Below are positions 24,001 through 35,067 of a DNA stretch of 64,000 nt, piece after piece (the stretch's first letter is position 1; each line of letters opens with the position of its first letter). The position numbers and the translations under genes were made by a program. The stretch is taken from the NCBI GenBank assembly GCA_004431415.1, contig QPMI01000618.1, positions 1 through 64,000 of the forward strand, given 5' to 3'. The DNA comes from Cyanophora paradoxa CCMP329. Taxonomy: Eukaryota; Plantae; Glaucophyta. Below the pieces are notes generated by a model. That model worked only from the letters and a program-made list of their open reading frames with translations. It was not told where the DNA came from and did not search any database.

Positions 24001-27000
24001 CAGAACGCGATGACGGCGACGAAGAGCAGCTGGTCGAGGAGGTCCGCGAGGAACTGCCGGACCAAAATATATATGAATTCGAAGTTCCGGAACCGCTCGT
24101 TCGTTTGCTTTAGAGATCAAGCGACGCGCGCAAGCCAACGTTCGCGACGGCAACAGACCATTCCTGCTGCAAGGGTACGAAGGAATCGGCGCTTCCTACG
24201 TGCTCGCAAGAGGTGCATTCCCGTATCGACCAGGCTGCACCGCCGTCGCGCGCGTTAATCACAACCGTTGCGAGGCTCGTACAAACGTTTCGAAACCGCC
24301 GGACGCATGCGCACCGAACCAGAACGCATACGATGACAAAGATCTCCAGAGCCTGGCGAGATGATGCGGCGTCATGCAAGCGATCGCCGACACTCTGAAG
24401 GGTTCAAAGCTGTACATGCGCGCACCAGGCGAAACATGTCCAAGCTTGTCGAATACCTGTCACATCGCATCGATATCAGACGCAGGATCGCGGGGGGAAG
24501 ACACAGCACAGCGAGAGTGCGCAGCGAGAGTGCGCACAGCTCGACGCGGAAAACGTCGACGGAGATGTGCGGCTCGGGGCTGCCTCCGAGCGGCAACGAA
24601 AGCATCACCTGCGTGCACGGGTGCGGCGTTAACGTTATTGAAGTAACATTAACACAGGGAATTCGAAGTTGCGTCGATCTCTACCGTAGAAAGAGCGAGC
24701 GATGGCCAGGCGAAAGGGGCACGCCGGGAGACCAATTGCAAGGAGACGCACCTCCGTGAGGGCCATCATCCGAACGTGGCCATTGTAGGTCGCTGGAAAC
24801 CGCGCGCGATCGCGAGCGTCGCGATCGTGCTCGCGATCGTGCGGCCGCGCGCGCGGGGCGAGCGAACCGAACTTGACGGAAATCGAGCGCGTGCTGCGGC
24901 CGACGATGTCCATCATCTGCAATCGCACCAAATCAAATTGAATTCGAAGTTGGTTGAATAATCAAGAATGCGAATTTTCGCTGATGTATACGTACCCTCA
25001 GAAACTCGACTTGAGCGAAGGCCGTTTCCCGAGACACGTTGAAGACGGAAATGAATCCCGCTGCCCGAAGTAGAAACTGAGCTCGAGAGCGATCTCGCGA
25101 AGCCGGATGGACTGGCCATGGCATGAGCCGCACCGATTTCGCCTCCGGGGAAGATGCCGTGGCCCGCCCTGGTAACGCTGCACCGGACATGCATGTGAGA
25201 GAGCGCCGACGCCGACGCCGGCCGTGGGCGACGTCGGCGGCGCGAAGGCCTAGGGCGGCGGGGCCGGGCCGGGGCGCGCACTTCTCATACACGCTGACGA
25301 GGAAGCCGCCGAGCTCGAGCTCGGCCTTGGTCAGCCCGGCGAGCGGCGAGCCCGAGCCCGCTTCCTCGGGCGCCGCGCCGCCCGTCTCGGCGCTGCCCTC
25401 GCCATCGCTCTCGGCGGCGGCGGCTGCTGCGGCGCCTGCGGCGCTCGCGGTGCCGTTTCCAGCAATGTCCGCCCCACCCTCTGCAGCGGCAGCCTCCTGG
25501 AGGCGTCGGTGCTGCCTCCTCGCGGGCTCCCCGGCACTCGTTCGCGAGGCCCCGGACGCGCCCCCGAGGTCGAGGCCGGTGCCGGGCAGCCCGAACATCG
25601 TCCGCACGATCTTCCTGCGCCCGGAGCCCGCGTGAGGGCGGCGCGGCACGGGGGGGTGGCGGAGTGGGCGAGGAGCACACATGACGCGAAGAAGGGTCTC
25701 GCCGTTCGCGGGGTCCGTGTAGTCCAGCCGGAGCAGGGGCGGCGCCGGCTCGAAGATGCTGGGGCCGGTGAAGCACTCGGGGTACAGCTGGCCGCGGCCG
25801 CCCGCGACCGATCAAGATCGACTCGTGATCTGCAGCTGGCGCGCCCAAGCCAAGCGCGGGCACCTTTTGGAAGCGGGGCTGGCCTCGGCAGCTCTCGTTG
25901 GCGCGGCGGTCCTGCGCCCGACCGTCGATATCGATTGGGGCGCGGGGCGGACGGAGTGGCGTGGAGGGGAGGGGGGCGGCCGCGGGCGCCTGCAGGACGA
26001 GGATCGCGCCGATGATGCGGTTGTGCCGCCCGAGCATCCCGTCGGGGTACCGGAACGCGAAGTCCAGCAGCGGGCCTGCCGACCGCGCGCGAGGGTGCAC
26101 TCAGCGAGCCGAGGGCGGGCCGGGGAGGGCTCGGGGAGGGGCCGGGCCGGGCGCGCCGGCGAGCCAGTCGAGGAAGCCGCGGGCGTCGAGCACGCCGGCG
26201 ATACCCGTCGCCTCCAGCTCCCCCGACAGCGCCTTCTGCTCCACCGCGACCAGCATCATGATCAGGCCGCGGAGGGGCGCCGGCGGGATGCGGGCCGGCG
26301 AAGGGGGGAGGGGGGCATCAGGGGGAGAGGGGGGGGGGGGGGGGGGTTGTGGGTAGGGGGGTGGGAGAGGGGGGGCGGGGGGCGGAGACGGATTCGTGGA
26401 GCTTGAGACATCGGATTCGAAAGTTAGCTCTAGCTACGGGCGGGGGCGGCTCACCTGCACTTCCCACGCGGCGCGCGTGTCACGCTGCAGAAAGAGGACC
26501 CCAATGTAGACCTGCCGGGGGGCGAAAGGGGCGTCACGGTCGGACCCGCCCCCCGGGCCCGGCGGTGAAGCTCTAGCTCTCGCGTCGCCCTCACCGAGTA
26601 GAAGACCACGAAGGCGGCGAGGCGGCCGTAGTGCCGCAGGCTCTTCCGGTCCTGGCGCAGCGCCTGAGGGGCGGCTCAGCGTGAGGCTCCCGGCGATAGG
26701 CCGCGGGGGAGGGAGTGCGCCTCGAGGGCCCGGTCGAGGGGGATGGCGACCAGCTCCTCCTTGCGCGGCGCCGCCGGCGCCTCCACACTCTCCTCAGAGC
26801 TCGCCGCCGCCGCCGGCGCCGGCGCCGCCGCCGCCGCCGGCTGCACGAGGCGCACAGCCCACTGCGTCGGACCCTTGTGCGCGCTCACATCGGCCGCGGA
26901 ATCGTCGCTGCGCATGCCGGTCGCAACGTCGGGCACATGCATGGCCGGCGCCGTTGCAGAACTCGTGGGCCCTGCGGTCGGCGGCCGCTCGAGCGCTTCC

Positions 27001-27161
27001 ACGACGTCGATAGCGTTTGCTATAGCAGGCGTCGCGTGCAGGCCTAGGGCTGATGGCTCCGGGTGCACGCGCCCGCGGCCGGCTGCAGCTGCAGCTGTGC
27101 ATGTATGCTGCTCATGCATGCGCGCGCGCGTGGCGCCGTGCGCGGCGGCGCCGCTGAGCAT
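21045..27161 (-). CDS. PKD2: Polycystin-2 / TRPP-like cation channel, about 36 exons
   Basis: Spliced product has S1 (YGRLAAFVVFYSVYIGVLFLQ); TOP domain (FLDWLAGPLLD; NRIIGAILVLQDRRANESC; GFISVFNVSRETAFAQVEFLRMMDIVGRSTRSISVKFATYNGHV; LPLGGSPEP..FRVELY); S4 (NLFLGLIRIFKLLHFQGRMGLLTRTLVR); S5 (DLFHLAALVLIVLIVFACMSNVLFG); S6 (FYWIFNLLATYTLINIFIAIICDKYASV); C-terminal coiled coil (LEERLARLEGML). Start and stop are less certain than the core. Confidence 0.9.
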
Positions 27162-28002
27162 GAAGAGGCTGCTGGAGGGCTATAGCTAGCTCATGATCAG
27201 GCATGCGCAACGCTGGACGGCCGGCCGCGGCCGCGGCGCGCGCCGGCAGCTGCTCGAGCCCCCCCGGCCGCGGCGCCGGCCGCAGCCGGCCGCGCGCGTG
27301 CCGCGGCCCTAGGCCTCGCGCTGCGAGCCTGCGACCGGCCGCGGTCACCCGTATGCGTTCCCGTCGCCGGGAGGCACGCTATAGCCTATAGCTAGCACGC
27401 GCGCTAGGCGCCGCTAGCGCTTGCAATTGAGCTGCTCCTAGCCGTGGAATCGGCCGGGCGTGGATCCCCGGACCCGGGATATCGATCGTGGTCCGCACTG
27501 ATTCCGCAGGCAGCGGCTGCCGCTTCAAGGCTTGCAGAAATCGAAGCAGCTGCTAGCTGCAGGCTGCACTCACTCCTGGCTACATCGTAGAGTACCCCTC
27601 CACTCCAGCCTTCCGGATCCGCTTCGAATTCGAATTCCGGATGATCATGAGAAGACTTGAAGACTTGGAGCTCAAGGCTTGAGCTTGACGGCTTTACCGA
27701 AGTGGACGACCTATAGCTAGGTGAACTTTAAGGAGAGATGTACATGTCTGCCTTCCGGAATCCGGATGCTCAGCCTGGCAGTATGCTTTTCGTCTTGCAA
27801 TTGCAAGTGGCAGGTACGAGTTCCATGGCCAAGCTCCGAGGCTCGCGCCGCCTAAACTCTAGCTAACCGTTGAACCGCCGCCGCGGCACGCGTACGCCGC
27901 CGTACTAGTGCTCGCCGCTCGTGCTCTTTGCGACGCCCTTTCTTCGCGCCCCTCTCCTCGCGCGCCGTGGAAATAGCATCGCGCCGTGTTTGCATTGCAC
28001 GT

Positions 28003-31000
28003 TCACCAGCCGCCGCCGCCGCGGGCGCGCCCCGCCCCCTCCTCGTCCTCCCCCCCCTCCTCGTCCTCGAACTCGACGCCGTACCCCTCCTCATCGTCCG
28101 TGACGACGTCCTCGACCTCGTCCGCCTCGAGCTCCACCGTCGGGCCCCGCCACCGCGGGCCCCCCTCCACCTAAAAATAGCCAGGCTCAGCTGAGCTGGA
28201 CGGGGGGGGGGGTACGGGGGAGCGCGCGCCTCGCCCTCGACGGCGGCGTCGGCCTCCTCCTCATCGCCGCCGTCCTCCGAAGCGGCGGTGGAGGGCGCCG
28301 GCGGCCCCGAGCGCGCCCGCGGCGACTCTTCTTCTTCGCCCGCCTCCGTTTTGCCCTGGCCTTCGCGATCGGCCTCGGGCCGCACGGGGAGGAAGTGGCT
28401 CGTGCCGGGGGCCGGCGCCTGCAGTCGGGGATCCAGGCGTGGGCCGCCCGCCCGCCCCGCGCACAAGCGCACGCAGGGTGGGCGCACCAGTGGGTTTGAG
28501 GAGGAGACGCGCTCCGGGCTCAGGAAGCGCTTCCCGGTTGGCTCCGGCGCGGAAGGAACGTCGCCGGCCGACCCGCCCTCAAAAGGAGCAGCGGTGGCGG
28601 CGGCGGCGGCGGCGCGGGCCTCGAGTAGCTCGCGGCGGATCTCGTCCGCCTCCGCCCGCGCCACCCGCGCCTCGCCCCGCGCCTCCTGCGGCCGGGTCGC
28701 GTCAAACGGGGCGCACGGGCAGGGCGGGCGGCCGAGGATTCAAGGTGAGAGTAGTACTGCGCGAGCCCTCTAGTAGTGGCCTCTTGCTGGCGGCCCGAGA
28801 GGGGCCCGAGAGGGGCAGTGGAAGGGGCGGGGCGGGCGGCCCGATGTTCTAAGGTGAGAGAGCCCGCGAGCCCTCTAGCGGCCCCTTGCTAGCGGCCCTC
28901 TAGCGGCCCCTTGCTAGCGGCCCGAGAGGGGCAGTGGAAGGGGCGGACCTCGCCGCGGGCGTCGGCCTCCGCCTCAAAGCGCCGCCGCATCTCCTCCGCC
29001 TCCCGCCGCGACGCCTGCCCCGCCCGAAGACAAATGATCGATCCCGTGCGGCGTACCCCTGGAAGAAGAGGGGGTACGGGGTGGGGACGCACGGCGAGCT
29101 CGGCGCCGAGGCGCTGCTGCAGGGCCGCCGCCTCTTTCTCCGCCGCCCGCGCCCGCGCCGCGTCCACGCGCGTCTCCTGCGCCCAAAAGGGATAAGAAGG
29201 GGGGTACGGCGAGCTCGGGGGAGGACGGGGGGTACGGCGAGCTCGGCCTCGAGGCGCAGGCGGTCAGTCTCGGCCTCGCGCCGCGCGGCGCCGAGCTCCA
29301 CGCGGGCCGCCTGCGTGCGGGCGCCGTCAGCGGGGCGGGCGAGGAGAGAAAGAGGGAAGAAACGGAGAAGGGAAGGGGGGGGGGGGGGGGGGGGTAGGGG
29401 CGCACGGCGACGTCGGCCTCGAGGCGCTGGTGGACGGCCTCGAGCTCCCGCCGGATCCCCGCCGCCTCCCCGCGCGCCGCCTGTGCCCTCCGTGAGCGAA
29501 GCGAGCGAAGGCGGGGGCGGGGGCGAGGGCGAGGGCGGACCTGTAGGTCGGCCTCGAGGCGCGCCCGCACCGCGCGGGCCTCCTCCGCCGCCGCCTCCGC
29601 CTCCGCGCGCGTCGCCTGCCGCAGCTGAGCGCCCCCAGGGGTGCCAGGGGTGCCCGGGGCGCCCGGGGCGCACCTGGGAGTCGACGGCGGCGCGCTGCTT
29701 GGCGAGCTCGGCCTCGCCGCGGGCGGCGAGCAGCATCTCCCGCGCCGCCTCCTCGCCCCGCGCCGCCTCGTCCGCCTCCCGCCGCGCCGCCTACAGAGAA
29801 GAAGATGAGAAGATGAGAAGAAGGCGGAGTGAGAGTGTAAAAGAAAGCGGAGGGCGGACGGCGAGGGCGGCCTCGAGTCGCTCGCGGACGAGCTCGGCCT
29901 CGAGCAGCGCCTCCCGCCCCGCCGCCGCCTCCCCGCGCGCCCCCTGCGCCGGTGAAGCCGTTGAGAGACAGAGAAGGAAAGGGGGAGACGAGGGACGGCA
30001 GCGGCGCACGGCGGCGTCTGCCTCGAGGCGCTGGCGGATGGCGTCGGCGTCGCGCCGGGCCGTCGCGAGCCGCTCCCGCGCCGCCTCCGCCTCCGCCCGC
30101 AGCGCCTCCGCCTCCCGCCGCGCCGCCTGCCGCGCGGCCCGGCCGGGGACTCAGGCGGGCGGAGAAAGAGGGAAGCGGCGCGGGCGGGAGCCGAGGCGGC
30201 ACGCGCACCGCGAGGCCGGCCTCGAGCTGCCCGCGGACGTCTGCGAGCTCCTCCCGCGCCGCGCGCGCCTCCCCGCGCGCCCCCTGCACCGCCGCCTCAA
30301 AAGAAGGCGAAGAAGAGAGGGGCGAGTGGAGGGGTACCGCGATCTCGGTCTCGAGGCGCAAGCGGATCGTCTCCGCCTCGCGCCGCGCGAACTCGGCCTC
30401 CGCCTTGGACGCCTGCGGCGAAAAGAAAGTCGGGTTGGGTCGGGTCCGCGCCCCCGGCAGCCGGGCGGCCCGAGCGAAGGGCGCGGGCGGGCGCCGGGCG
30501 CACGGCGGCGTCGGCCTCGAGCAGCTGCCGCGCGGCCGCCGCCTCCCGCCGCGCCGCCTCCACCTCCACCCGCGCCGCCTGCGCGCCGCTGAGCGCCGCG
30601 GAGCGGAGCGGGCGGAGCGGCGGGGCCAGCGCACGGTCGCCTCCTCCGCGTGGGCCCGGCGCAGCGCGTCCGCCTCCCGCCGCGCCGCCTCCGCCGCCGC
30701 CTCCGCCGCCTACGCGCGCGCGCGTCGGAGGCGGCGGGGCGGGGCGGGGCGGGGCGGTGCGTGGCGGGGCGCACGGCGGCGTCGCCGCGGAGGGCCGCCA
30801 GCGCCACTTCGGCCTCCCGGCGGGCCCCTGCGCCCCGGCTCGGCTCGGGCCCCGCGCGGGGCCGCGCGTGCGGGCGGGGTGTAGGGCCTACGGCGAGATC
30901 CTCCTCGAAGCGGCTGCGAGCCTCAGACGCCTCGCGCCGCGCCGCCTGCAGGCGCCGGGGCCTCAGCTGGGGCGGGGCTGGCGGGGCAGATGGGGCGGGG

Positions 31001-32779
31001 CGGGGCGGGGGTACAGCGCGCCTCGGCGTCCGCGGACGCCTGCGCGAGCTGCGCCAGCAGACCCTGCACCCGAACTCGCCACGAGACCCGAGGCGGGGCG
31101 GGGCGGGGCGGGGCGGGGCGGGCGGGGCGGCGCGGGCGGCGCGGGCGCACGGCGCTCTGCTCGCGGGCGCGGCGGGCGGCCGCCTCGGCGTCGGCCAGGC
31201 GCGCCTCGGCCGCCTCCGCCGCCTCCGCCGCCGCCCGCATCCGTTCCAGCGTCGCCTGCGCGGGCGCGCGTCAGACGCGCTGGGCGCGCCGGGCGGCGCG
31301 GGGCGGCGCGGGCCGCGGGCGCGCCTGCCCGTCTGCGCGGAGCCGCTGGTTCATCTCAAGGCTGCCCCGCGCCTCCGCCTCGTGCCGCGCCGCCTTCTTC
31401 TGCGCCGCCTGCGGGCCGGTGAGGGCCGAGCCGGGGGGGTACAGCCCGCCTGTCTGCCTCGGCGCACCTCGCACTCGGCGGCGGAGCGCTTCGCGCTGGC
31501 CTCCGCGCGGGCCGCGGCGCCGTACGCCTCCTCGAGCCCCGCCCTCAGATCCTACGGGGTACGTCAAACAGGGCCGGGGTACGTCGAACTGGGGGAAGGC
31601 GCGCCTCGGCCTCCTCGGCGGCGGTGCGGGCGGAGCGCATGGCGGCCTCCATGCCCTCCGAGAGGCGCGCGCCGACGGTCCGGAGAGAGTCCGCCTCGCC
31701 TCGGGCCCGGTCTAGAGCCGCACGCGCCGCCTGCCGAGGGCTCAGCAACGCTTAGAGCGCAGGCGGGCGGGCGGGCGGGCGGGGCGGGCCTGCAGCTGGC
31801 GGCGGAGCGCGGCGTTCTCCTGCCGCAGGCGCGCCGCTTCGGTCTCCTGCCTCAACGACCGCCGCGCATCGATCTGCCGCCACCCGCATCGTCGGCCGCG
31901 CCGCGCCGCGGGGGCGGGGGCGGGGCACGCGGCGCGCACGTCACGCTCGGCGGCGGCGACGGCGGCGGCGCGGGCCTCGTCGTCCTCGCCCGCCGCGGGA
32001 GCCTCGGCCGACGTCGCGGGGTCGGCGGGCGCCTCGGTGCGGCCGGCGCGGGCGGCGCCCGTGGCGCCGGCGAAGAGCGCGCGGCGGCGGGCGGCGTCGC
32101 CCTCCGGGTCCCGCGAGCACGAGCGGAGCATCGCGTCCGCGCGCTCCAGCGCCCGCAGGCTCTCCTGCCACAGCTCCTCCGACCACGCCGCCCGCGGCCG
32201 GCCCGGCAGCTGCTCGCCGCGTCAGCCACGCCGCCGCGTCCGCGGCAGTCAAGGGACGCGGGAACAACCGTAACGCACGCGAGAAGCGTACGCCTCGTAC
32301 TCGAAGCTGGCGTCGAGGGGGATGGGCGAGACGGGCCGGGGCTTCTCGTCGGGCGACTCGGCCTTGTAGACCGCCGAGGGCACCTCGTCGACGGCCGCGG
32401 TGTAGGTCGGCCGCGGGGCCTCGGCGCGGTACATGACCGGCGCGTCGCCCGGCCGCCACGGAGCCACGATGCTGGTCCTCGTAATGCCGCGGTCGGTCGA
32501 GCGCGAGGGCATCAGCTGCCGGTCCCGTTGCGGGAGCGGGTGGTTGAATCGGATGGTAGCCACGAGCGGCCCCTGCGTCTGGGGCGCTGCCGGAGTCGCG
32601 CAGGTGCCGGCATACGCGACGGAGCTCGCGTCGGAGCTGCTCGCTGCGGCCGCGGTCGTCCTCCGAGCTGGCGGCTTGACAGGAGGCGATGCGCTGCGCA
32701 GGACGCGGGGCGGCAGCTTCTTCTCCGGCACTCGCACGCCGTAGCGCGCGAGCAGATTGTCCTCCGCGCTCGGCGGCAT
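28003..32779 (-). CDS. Ala/Glu/Arg-rich coiled-coil protein built from repeated phase-0 exons, unknown function
   Basis: ATG at 32779 (MPPSAEDNLLARYG). Exons include AARGEAAGIRRELEAVHQRLEADVA, AARVELGAARREAETDRLRLEAELA and ASKAEAEFARREAETIRLRLETEIA. Last exon is acidic (EDVVTDDEEGYGVEFEDEE...GGW*), TGA at 28003-28005. Confidence 0.7.
28742..28947. repeat. Diverged ~110-bp tandem duplication inside an intron of the coiled-coil gene
   Basis: AAGGTGAGAG..GCGAGCCCTCTAG..CTTGCT.GCGGCCCGAGAGGGG..CAGTGGAAGGGGCGG occurs twice. Confidence 0.75.
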
Positions 32780-32838
32780 CGCGCAGGGAATGCGAACGAA
32801 GCCGCACGTGTGTACCCCCGGGCAAAACAACTCGGCGC

Positions 32839-32861
32839 TTCTCGACGCTTCTGGGCGATTC
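32839..32861. promoter_or_regulatory. Candidate step-type heat-shock element in the 207-bp divergent promoter
   Basis: TTC at 32839, 32849 and 32859 (TTC-N7-TTC-N7-TTC), ~130 bp upstream of the Hsp101 ATG. Confidence 0.45.
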
Positions 32862-32986
32862 CCGCGAGCGCATTTAACCTGTGCGCCGCGCTTGGACCTC
32901 ACTTTCGCTTTAAGCTCGGTTTTACTCGCGCACGCACAGCAGACCAAGCAGATTGATCAGAGCAAACAGTTGCAGCAGATCTAGGG

Positions 32987-35032
32987 ATGTCGCTGAACAG
33001 CAACGCGTACACAGACAGGGCGTGGACATGCGTGACGAACGCGGTCGACATCGCCAAGGAAGCGGGCCACGTTCAAGTGCGCTCTAGATCTCGCGGCCCC
33101 GCATGCGCAGCGCGCCTCCCCCGGCCCGCAGCGGCTGGCGTGCGTTCCAGCTGCTGATTGGGTCTTGCGGCTGTCGTGCAGCTCCGGCCAGCGACGCTCG
33201 CCGTCGCGCTGGTCACAGAGGAAGGCGGGCTCGCGCGGTCAGCCATCACAAAGGCGGGCGGGGACGCGAAGGCGGTGGAGCGGAACCTTCGCGCAGAGCT
33301 TGCCAAAGTGCGCCGTGCCGCGTTCAACCCAGACGCCGCAGCATGAAGGCCGCTGATCATGGCGCCCGCAGATTCCCTCGCAGCAGCCGGCGCCTGAGAT
33401 GCCCTCGCCGACGCCCGATCTCATGAAGATTCTGAAGCGGGCGGAAGAAATAAAGGTGCGGGCGAGCTATGCGGCTTCATCCAACGTGCCCGCAGGGCTC
33501 ACCGTCGCTGCAGAAGAAGCACGGGGATTCGCTGATCTCGGCCGACGCGCTCCTCTCTGCGGCCCTGGAGGATAAGACCGTGCGGGCGGCGTTCGCGGAG
33601 ACTGGTGCGCTCACGTGGCGCATCCTTTCCCCGCGCGCGCGCGCCCGCCGACTGCCGGCGCCGCGCAGGGATTCAGATGGTGAAGCTTGAGGCGGCGATC
33701 AAGGACATGCGGGGGAGCAAAGTCGTGACCTCGAAGTCCGCCGAAGACACTTTCGACGCGCTGAACAAGTACGGGCACGACATGGTCAAGCTCGCCGAGG
33801 GTGATTGGAATTCGATCCGCGCCTCCGATTTGATCCGCCGCGCACGGGCCGGCCCGGCTGACGGGCCCACTCGGCCGCCGCAGAGGGCAAGCTGGACCCG
33901 GTTATTGGGCGGGACGACGAGATCCGGCGCGTCATACGCGTCCTCGCCCGGTGCGCTCCGCAGTCGCGCGGCCCGCCCCGCCGCGATCCGTATCCGCGTC
34001 CGCGCCGCTGACATGCGCCGCGCCTCGCCCGGCCCGGCGACAGACGGACGAAGAACAACCCGGTGCTGATCGGCGAGCCGGGCGTGGGCAAGACGGTTCG
34101 CCCCGCTCCGCCCAGCTTCGCTTCCCTTCCTTTCTTTCTCTGAGGCGGGCGGGCGGGCGGCCGCGGGCAGGCGATCGTGGAGGGGCTGGCGCAACGGATC
34201 GTGCGCGGGGACGTGCCCGAGTCGCTCAAGTGCCGGCTCTTCTCGCTCGACATGGGCGCCCTCGTCGCCGGCGCCAAGTACCGCGGCGAGTTCGAGGAGC
34301 GACTCAAGGTCCGCTCTGCTTCGCTCTGCTCCGCTTTGCGTTCCGTTCCTGAGGCGGCGCCGCGCGCTCGCGCGTGCGCAGGCGGTGCTGAAGGAGGTGG
34401 AGGACGCGGAGGGGACGGTGATCCTCTTCATCGACGAGATCCACCTCGTGCTGGGCGCCGGCAAGGCCGAGGGCTCGATGGACGCCGCCAACCTCCTCAA
34501 GGCACGCCCCCGGCCCGCGCCGTCCGATCGCGCGGATCGAATTCGAACCCGAATTTGATCCGGCCCGGCCCGGCCCGGCTCGCAGCCGATGCTGGCGCGG
34601 GGGACGCTGCGGTGCATCGGGGCGACGACCCTGGACGAGTACAAGAAGCACGTCGAGAAGGACGCGGCATTCGAGCGCCGCTTCCAGCAGGCGCGCCCGC
34701 TCCCCGCCCCGCCCCTTTGATTCCCGTCTGCCGCGCCTTTCTGGCTCTAAGCTTCTAAGGCAGGTGTACGTGGGCGAGCCGACGGTGGCGGACACGATCT
34801 CGATCCTCCGCGGCCTGAAAGAGCGCTACGAGAGCCACGTGCACCCTGCCCCGCTCCGCTCCGATCCCCGCGCTGGCCTCCCTCACTTCTTCCTCCTCCG
34901 CCCTCGCAGCACGGGGTGCGGATCGCGGACGCGGCGCTGGTGACGGCGGCGCAGCTCGCTGGGCGATACATCACCAACCGCTTCCTCCCCGACAAGGCCA
35001 TCGACCTGGTCCGCATTCTCACTTCCCGCCCG

Positions 35033-35067
<35 letters not shown>

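Noticed and set aside
22880-24960. Decayed transposon or pseudogene
   Set aside because: Resolves into in-frame PKD2 exons once micro-exons are allowed.
28934-32956. 552-aa and 768-aa plus-strand ORFs
   Set aside because: Stop-poor antisense shadows of the GC-rich coiled-coil gene.
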